Shown here: positions 26,389 through 31,818 of the stretch, in pieces
Position numbering within the stretch: the first letter of the stretch is position 1
How the letters are laid out: every line of letters starts with the position of its first letter
IMG/VR virus record: IMGVR_UViG_3300030376_000593
Coordinates: 1-31,818 of that record
Length of the DNA stretch: 31,818 nucleotides
DNA from: a virus
Taxonomy: Duplodnaviria > Caudoviricetes
Strand: one strand, 5' to 3'
Notes under the pieces: generated by a model
Told to the model about the DNA's origin: nothing
Seen by the model: the letters and a program-made list of their open reading frames with translations, nothing else
The model's database searches: none
Program-made: the position numbers and the translations under genes

Positions 26389-26473
26389 TGATATTGATTT
26401 TAGGTTCATAACTCCTAGTCTCACTTTGTAAAGATCAAGCATCACAGTTTAAGTTGGATGCCTATCAATATCA
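26389..26473 (-). ncRNA. Putative structured cloverleaf-like ncRNA (unknown family)
   Basis: Perfect 10-bp closing stem (26389-26398 with 26464-26473) enclosing three potential hairpins; abuts the terminator; no long ORF. Confidence 0.5.
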
Positions 26474-26537
26474 TTTTAATCTTCATTACTTTCTTTTAGT
26501 TTCATGTTTTCTAAGTTTTATCTAAACTATATTTAGT

Positions 26538-26867
26538 TTAATTAGACAGACTTCTTAATAGTTCTACATTATTCTTATACCCTGACTTTGATCTTAACAA
26601 AAGATCAGGTTTAGAAAATTCTTCAAAACATACTATCATAGTACCTAATGCCCATCCATCAGGAAATGCTTGTCTAGCACCTTTGTAAAAATACTCTACT
26701 AATGCTGTAGCATGTAAGTTTCTTGGTAGATCTAAGTTTATACCATCTTCATTTAAATATAAATGAGAGTTCTGATCTAAGGTTAATCTTTCAATATTAC
26801 CTTTTACTGCTTTTTGAAAAAGCTCTAGATGATTTTTTCCATTATCTCTAGTTAAGTGTTTTACCAT
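26538..26867 (-). CDS. Hypothetical early protein
   Basis: 109 aa, first ORF downstream of the consensus host promoter; no motif recognised. Confidence 0.65.
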   Translation of the reverse strand: MVKHLTRDNGKNHLELFQKAVKGNIERLTLDQNSHLYLNEDGINLDLPRNLHATALVEYFYKGARQAFPDGWALGTMIVCFEEFSKPDLLLRSKSGYKNNVELLRSLSN

Positions 26868-26964
26868 TCCACAACTACAAATGCTGTAATAGTTTTTTTG
26901 GATTTTTCCTTTTTTTACTTTATTTATTGTTTCTAGATTTTCTAGGTTTTAAATTATTATAATG

Positions 26965-26995
26965 CAAAGGTAATACTTTTTCACAAACCACCAAA
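26965..26995 (-). promoter_or_regulatory. Consensus Bacteroidota primary-sigma promoter (TTTG-N19-TACCTTTG)
   Basis: Exact match to the -33 TTTG and -7 TAnnTTTG elements with a 19-nt spacer, in the largest intergenic region. Confidence 0.85.
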
Positions 26996-27004
26996 TCTTT
27001 TTAA

Positions 27005-27105
27005 CAAAATTATTATAATATAGTATTATATTGTATTATACATATAATAATAGTACTATTATAGTATTAATACTTATATAATATTTATACTTATATAATA
27101 GAAAG
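27005..27105. other. Extremely AT-rich palindromic tract, candidate replication origin or regulatory hub
   Basis: 16-bp palindrome ATAATAGTACTATTAT (27047-27062), AGTATTAATACT (27063-27074), direct repeat TACTTATATAATA twice. Confidence 0.4.
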
Positions 27106-27119
27106 AAGATATTTAGTTA

Positions 27120-27536
27120 TTACTTTCTTGTTTTCTCAAAAGACCTGCCTCCAAAATAAGCCCCATAGGTGAGCATTAACAACTGATTTAAGATTGACAA
27201 ATCATATTTTAAAAAGAAACCTGTAGAATAAACTAGAGTTAAGAATATTAAAGCCATAGGCCTTACATTAGAGCTTAAAAAACTTCCTGATTTGGCATCT
27301 GCCTCCCATCTTCTAGTTACAGCCTCCATTTCAGCCATATCCATCTCTAAGAGTTTCAATGCTTGTTCCTTATCTACTGGAGGTAAAGTATTATCTTTTA
27401 CTAATATGTTTTTAACTAAGCCAAGTACACCTTTATCAGGTACTACATCAAGTAGATTGTTTATTAGACCTGACTTTGCTAGTAGTTGGCCTACTTTTGT
27501 CTCTCTTAATGGTTTCTTTTTTTTCTTCTCTGACAT
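27120..27536 (-). CDS. Holin, GTA 3TM-holin-like family
   Basis: VT.RW.AD..S.S.LS.NVRP..L..L followed by hydrophobic helices and YFGGRS.EK; overlaps the endolysin gene. Confidence 0.7.
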   Translation of the reverse strand: MSEKKKKKPLRETKVGQLLAKSGLINNLLDVVPDKGVLGLVKNILVKDNTLPPVDKEQALKLLEMDMAEMEAVTRRWEADAKSGSFLSSNVRPMALIFLTLVYSTGFFLKYDLSILNQLLMLTYGAYFGGRSFEKTRK

Positions 27537-27999
27537 ATGCTTTATATTTTGTTAGATTATTAATAGGATCCTTGTATGCTTCAAGTACTTGATTTCTGTT
27601 CTTACCCTCTCTGTAACTTACATGCACCCATTTAGGTGATCCATCTTCATTTTTAAACTCCCATATTAATGTATCAAACTCTAGATTATCTTTAATGTAT
27701 TCAAATACATCTGTGTTAGACACCTTAGTGAAATCCATATCTATATCAAGAGCTTGTCCAGTCATATGAAGGCTAGTCTTACTAGCTCCTCTAAGAGCTT
27801 TATTTAAAGCCTCACCTCTATAACCACTAGATATATGAATAGGACAGTTAAAATGGTCTCTAATTGGCTGAAACACCTCCTCAGCTATTGTTTTTAAATT
27901 CTCTATATGTTCTTTTGAAGGATTGTTGTCTATATCTAGCCTCTTTGCTGTCTCTGATCTTACTACCTCTGCTAAACTTAAATTCTTACTTAACTTCAT
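27448..27999 (-). CDS. Endolysin, peptidase M15 family
   Basis: SSGYR...LN....G....S.H..GQA.DID and WVHVSY zinc peptidase motifs. Confidence 0.9.
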   Translation of the reverse strand: MKLSKNLSLAEVVRSETAKRLDIDNNPSKEHIENLKTIAEEVFQPIRDHFNCPIHISSGYRGEALNKALRGASKTSLHMTGQALDIDMDFTKVSNTDVFEYIKDNLEFDTLIWEFKNEDGSPKWVHVSYREGKNRNQVLEAYKDPINNLTKYKAYVREEKKETIKRDKSRPTTSKVRSNKQST

Positions 28000-28003
28000 T
28001 TAA

Positions 28004-28102
28004 TTACATTTTAATTTTCTTCAGCCACTTATTATAAGCTGTTTTTACTTTGTTATTAAAAGCCTTTATTTTATTTGTTAACCATGTTAAAATTCTTACC
28101 AT
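28004..28102 (-). CDS. Cationic amphipathic peptide (32 aa, MVRILTWLTNKIKAFNNKVKTAYNKWLKKIKM)
   Basis: Not in the ORF track; fills the gap between the holin-like gene and the endolysin with 4-nt spacers on each side. Confidence 0.65.
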   Translation of the reverse strand: MVRILTWLTNKIKAFNNKVKTAYNKWLKKIKM

Positions 28103-28106
28103 CTTA

Positions 28107-28280
28107 TTATTTTTTTTTGTTATTGTTTTTTCTAGTATCTATCATTTCTATAATTCTGTACCCTGTATAAACTATTGTTAATAATAACAGTACTGCTTGT
28201 AATACTTCATTTAATTGATGAAGGCTTAAAGCATAAACCACTATACCAACAATAGTAGGTTCAAAATTATTGATTGCCAT
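28107..28280 (-). CDS. Small holin-like membrane protein (57 aa)
   Basis: Not in the ORF track; MAINNFEPTIVGIVVYALSL...VLLLLTIVYTGYRII...KNNNKKK has two hydrophobic segments and a basic tail. Confidence 0.7.
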   Translation of the reverse strand: MAINNFEPTIVGIVVYALSLHQLNEVLQAVLLLLTIVYTGYRIIEMIDTRKNNNKKK

Positions 28281-28593
28281 TGTCTGAGTACTTCTTTACA
28301 AGTTCTATCAATTCATCTCTACTTATAGATAGTGTAAAAGATAAACCTGCCTCCTGTTTCCAAACCAATGATTGATTTTTATAAATTAATATAGCAGGAA
28401 CTGATTTTATACTTTTCTTAAAGTTATCACTCTGATCATCTAATACTGCATATTGTATCTTTGCTCCTTTTATATTTCTTATCTCTACATCATTATGGCT
28501 ATTCCATTTTGCATTAACCTGTAGAATAGTTATGTCTTGGCCATATGCAACACTACTTATTAGTAATGATAATATAATTATTAAGTTTCTCAT
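28267..28593 (-). CDS. Secreted thioredoxin-fold-like protein lacking CxxC
   Basis: Signal peptide (MRNLIIILSLLISSVAYG), NAKWN in place of WCxxC, IKSVPAILIYKN cis-Pro loop motif. Confidence 0.55.
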   Translation of the reverse strand: MRNLIIILSLLISSVAYGQDITILQVNAKWNSHNDVEIRNIKGAKIQYAVLDDQSDNFKKSIKSVPAILIYKNQSLVWKQEAGLSFTLSISRDELIELVKKYSDNGNQ

Positions 28594-28880
28594 CTTTTAA
28601 TTATTTCATAAAGTTTCTCATCTATCTTATCTAGCTTTTCAGAGTTTTCATCTACCTTCTTTTCTGTTGATAATATAGAAGTCCTGATAGCCTCATCCTT
28701 GAGGTCATACTCAGTTCTACTTATTGGAGGTTCAGGCAAGGTCTTAGCAATTTCTATGTCCCCCTTTAATGCAAACCAAAATCCTATAAGTGAGGATATT
28801 CCTATACCTATCATTATTAAATTCTCTATTGAGATATTAACCTTCTTTTTCTTTATATCATCTATATCTAAATCTGCCAT
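28590..28880 (-). CDS. Membrane-anchored coiled-coil protein
   Basis: One TM helix (LIMIGIGISSLIGFWFAL), a Pro linker and a C-terminal coiled coil. Confidence 0.7.
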   Translation of the reverse strand: MADLDIDDIKKKKVNISIENLIMIGIGISSLIGFWFALKGDIEIAKTLPEPPISRTEYDLKDEAIRTSILSTEKKVDENSEKLDKIDEKLYEIIKR

Positions 28881-28903
28881 TTTAATTGTTTTTTATTGGT
28901 TTA

Positions 28904-29125
28904 TTATTCATTTTTAATTGGAGCTGATGAATCAGTAAATTCAGGTGTTGGATCATCCCTAACAACATCTATAACAGGATCCCCATTTTCATCTAACAAA
29001 GGTTCACCTGTTTCTTCATCTAATTTATAAACAGGAATAACCTCATATTCAACACCATCTACTGTAATAAATGTCTTCATTACTCCATCTACTTCTTTTT
29101 GATATTCCTCACTTATTTCTGCCAT
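28904..29125 (-). CDS. Small acidic protein, possible fibre assembly factor
   Basis: 73 aa, very acidic, follows the fibre genes. Confidence 0.55.
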   Translation of the reverse strand: MAEISEEYQKEVDGVMKTFITVDGVEYEVIPVYKLDEETGEPLLDENGDPVIDVVRDDPTPEFTDSSAPIKNE

Positions 29126-29154
29126 TGTTTTTCTTTTTTATATTAAACTTTATT

Positions 29155-30336
29155 TTATGTACTACAAGTAAAACTACTTGAGTTACAGTTACTAGGATTA
29201 GTTATCCCAGTACCAATGTCTGCTGTACCACCTGCAGCAAAACAAGCATAAATCCACCATTGATTAGCAGAAGCATTATAAGCCCAGTTTTGACCAGTAT
29301 GTGATGTGTGTGCAATTAACCAAACTCTATCTCTTGGATCATTATTTCCACCATTGGTATTTGTAGAATAACCAACACCACTAATACAACTTCCACTCAT
29401 ATTACTACAATCCCAGTTATTACCACTACTTGAACCAGTCCTACTTACTTGAGTATGTGTTTTTCCAGTAAAGTTACTACCACCACCACCACTACTCCAA
29501 GATGTCATACTTAAACTAGTGTTAGATGTTATAGATCCTGAGTTTTTGGTAGCTACTATCTCATGTCTATACAAATTACTTTGTCTGCTTGAGGACCAAG
29601 ACCAACCTGATGTGCCATTTGCAGAACCATTTGCTGATCCCCAATACTCACCCATTGTTGCATCTACATATCCTACTGTAACTGATGTAGATCCATTCCA
29701 AACTTTTACAGTTTGACTTTGGTTATATGGATAAGTTCCATAAGTCCCACCATTCATAGCAGCACCAAAACTTCCAACATTAGCTGAATATCCATAAATT
29801 ATTCCTGTTCCCCCTCCACTTGGCCATGAATTAAATGTAGTTGTAACCTCTCTAATAGCAGTTATAGAACCACCACTTAAACTTACATTTATTGTTTGTG
29901 ATGTTTGTGGATATACACCACCAATAGTTATTCTAACTGCACCAACACCAAGACCATAAGTAGTACCACCAGCATTTGAAACACTAGCTGTCATTCCTGT
30001 TGGTAAACCACTAACACTTACACTACTCCAATTTTCAAAACCATATCCACTATTTACTTGTACTTCATAGTATTGACCACTAACACTTCCACTTGGTGTA
30101 TAAGCACCATCAGTCATATTGTTGTTTGTTACAGATGCATTACCTAAACTACCCTCACCCCATACTATGTTTACATTAGAGGAGTACCCATAAAATTCTT
30201 GCATAGTATCAGGTTCTGAGAAACCTGCATCATTAGATAAAGTACCTAATGAAACATCATCATCAGTATCATTCCCATTTATCTCTTGGTTAATATCTGC
30301 TCTTAATTTAAGTTCACCACTTGAAGGTACAGCCAT
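29155..30336 (-). CDS. Putative fibre-tip adhesin/receptor-binding protein
   Basis: N-terminal PSSG.L....DI..E.....SL..L.......M.EFYGY anchor-like motif, then Gly/Ser/aromatic-rich beta domains; TAATG-coupled to the fibre gene. Confidence 0.6.
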   Translation of the reverse strand: MAVPSSGELKLRADINQEINGNDTDDDVSLGTLSNDAGFSEPDTMQEFYGYSSNVNIVWGEGSLGNASVTNNNMTDGAYTPSGSVSGQYYEVQVNSGYGFENWSSVSVSGLPTGMTASVSNAGGTTYGLGVGAVRITIGGVYPQTSQTINVSLSGGSITAIREVTTTFNSWPSGGGTGIIYGYSANVGSFGAAMNGGTYGTYPYNQSQTVKVWNGSTSVTVGYVDATMGEYWGSANGSANGTSGWSWSSSRQSNLYRHEIVATKNSGSITSNTSLSMTSWSSGGGGSNFTGKTHTQVSRTGSSSGNNWDCSNMSGSCISGVGYSTNTNGGNNDPRDRVWLIAHTSHTGQNWAYNASANQWWIYACFAAGGTADIGTGITNPSNCNSSSFTCST

Positions 30337-31818
30337 TATTCTTCTTTTTTACAATTTTCATTACACTTATTACATTTCTCACTTAACTCTTTTACAGCCT
30401 CAATAAGTAGTGCAATTACACCATTATAATCAACTGCTAAAAAGCCATCATCATCTTTAAGACTATCAACCTCTCTTACAAGCTCAGGCATTATCTTTTG
30501 CAACTCTTGTGCAATTATACCACCTGATTGTTTATCCTCTCTGTTCTTCCAATCAAAGGTTACACCTCTTAACTGATCTAACTTTTCTAAAGGATTGTCA
30601 ACAACCTTAATATTTTCTTTTAATCTTTCATCAGAAGGTGTAGTTGTAGAGTATGCTATAACATCTCCATCTGCATGGAAGTCTCCATCTGCTTCAAATC
30701 TAAATTTATGTACATTGTTAATGAACATATCTATGTGAGTATTATCAGCAAATTGAATATAGTCTGTAGCATCCAATCCAATGTACTCTACAGCTCTTAA
30801 ATCTGAGGCTACTTTTGCTGCTGTTACACAATCATCAGATAGCATATCTGTAGCTACTTGAATTTCTCCAATAGTTCCTGCTGATACAGCACCTAATACT
30901 CTATTAGCTGTTGTAGTATCTTGCATCTTGTCATAAGTTACTGCATCTGAAGCTATAGTCAGAGCTGTAGCTCCAGTAACATCCCCAGTATGTGTTACAT
31001 TATACTTATTAGAACTACCTTCAGTTAAGTTGTCTGTTGTTGAGTTTGTCTCATCTATTAACTTAATCCAGTTACCTGCATGTGCAAAATATCCTTTACC
31101 TGTACCATGTACATGTGCAAACATACCATGATAAGTAGATGCACTTGGTAAATCACCTTCTAATGCATACATATTAGCATATAAGATCTTACCAGTTGTT
31201 GTAATGTTATAAGACTGAGCATCTAAATTACCTCCTAGTTGTGGTGTAGTATCTTCTACAACATTGTTAATACTTACTGCTTGTACTCTTGCATCAGTAT
31301 AATAAAGATTTGTGTTTTCTGTTATTGCTGATGTATTTAAAGTTATATCTGCTGTACCATCAAATGCAACTCCTGATATGTTTCTTGATGTTGCAAGAGC
31401 TGTTGCAGTTGCAGCATTACCTGTAGTAGATCCTGATGTACCACTTACATTTCCTGTTACATCTCCAGTCAGATCCCCTGTTACATTACCAGTAATTGTT
31501 CCTGAAGCTCCTATTGTACCAACTGATATGTTTGGTGTACCAGTTAGGTTAGCTGCTGTTGTAGCTGCTATTCCTAAACTATCTACATATGTCTTATCAA
31601 TATGTGCTTTTACCTCTGCTGCACTTGGTCCTGTGTATGTGAAGGCTCCAGTTCCTGAATTATAACTAAATGAACCATCACCTCCTGCATCAACAGCAGA
31701 AAAATCAGTTAATGCTAACCCACTAGCAGTTGAGGCTACTGTGAGTGTATTTGCAACATCATCATAGGTAAGTGATATACCACTACCTGCTGTCATTAAA
31801 GAATTAACCTGATCATCT
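30336..31818 (-). CDS. Long tail fibre protein, C-terminal half with peptidase S74 intramolecular chaperone domain
   Basis: The C-terminus SDERLKENI...LRGVTFDWK...GIIAQEL...VDYNGVIALLIEAVKEL is the typical S74 autocleaving chaperone signature. The frame stays open upstream of Met 31796 to the window end. Confidence 0.9.
   Translation of the reverse strand, partial: DDQVNSLMTAGSGISLTYDDVANTLTVASTASGLALTDFSAVDAGGDGSFSYNSGTGAFTYTGPSAAEVKAHIDKTYVDSLGIAATTAANLTGTPNISVGTIGASGTITGNVTGDLTGDVTGNVSGTSGSTTGNAATATALATSRNISGVAFDGTADITLNTSAITENTNLYYTDARVQAVSINNVVEDTTPQLGGNLDAQSYNITTTGKILYANMYALEGDLPSASTYHGMFAHVHGTGKGYFAHAGNWIKLIDETNSTTDNLTEGSSNKYNVTHTGDVTGATALTIASDAVTYDKMQDTTTANRVLGAVSAGTIGEIQVATDMLSDDCVTAAKVASDLRAVEYIGLDATDYIQFADNTHIDMFINNVHKFRFEADGDFHADGDVIAYSTTTPSDERLKENIKVVDNPLEKLDQLRGVTFDWKNREDKQSGGIIAQELQKIMPELVREVDSLKDDDGFLAVDYNGVIALLIEAVKELSEKCNKCNENCKKEE

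Noticed and set aside
26389-26473. tRNA gene
   Set aside because: Cloverleaf-like, but no TTC T-loop, no D-loop GG, no 7-nt anticodon loop and no CCA; kept only as an unknown structured RNA.
26443-26506. Tiny minus-strand ORFs (MKLKESNED; MKIKMILIGIQLKL) as leader peptides
   Set aside because: Too short to distinguish from chance without conservation data.
474-31665. Plus-strand ORFs of 60-127 aa listed in the ORF track
   Set aside because: All lie antisense to well-supported minus-strand genes, mostly use GTG/TTG starts and show no motifs; treated as shadow ORFs.
31811-31818. 8-bp terminal repeat as a biological DTR, cos or att site
   Set aside because: It falls mid-gene in the tail fibre and is best explained as an assembly overlap; this terminase family is commonly associated with headful packaging.
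1-31818. Stop-codon reassignment
   Set aside because: TAA, TAG and TGA all end genes at sensible, often overlapping, boundaries, and coding density is high under the standard code.
1-31818. Integrase, repressor or partition module indicating a temperate lifestyle
   Set aside because: None recognised; lifestyle cannot be settled from the sequence, though lytic is the simplest reading.

Overview
The window looks like a complete circular (or circularly permuted) genome of about 31,810 bp from an AT-rich (roughly 30% GC by eye) siphovirus-like tailed phage. The first and last 8 nt (GATCATCT) overlap, and merging them rejoins one in-frame 972-aa tail-fibre gene. A canonical TTTG-N19-TAnnTTTG promoter points to a Bacteroidota (probably flavobacterial) host. 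Nearly all genes lie on the minus strand: early/replication-recombination genes, a phage sigma factor, a DNA methyltransferase, terminase, a head/tail module in non-lambdoid order, fibres and a lysis module. I recognised no integrase, DNA polymerase or primase. The most striking signal is compositional: in reading the window I found no CG dinucleotide at all, and also no CCAGA, CCAGG, AAGCTT, GATATC or GAATTC, while CTAG, GGCC and GATC are plentiful. Other highlights are a prolyl-4-hydroxylase coupled to a Cys/Thr/Pro-rich repeat tail protein, an 85-nt cloverleaf RNA-like element before a terminator, a -1 frameshift site with a long dual-coding overlap, a putative phage-sigma late promoter motif, a lone plus-strand membrane micro-gene, and several small ORFs missed by the ORF track. 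All counts are manual and family assignments are from motif recognition, not database searches.
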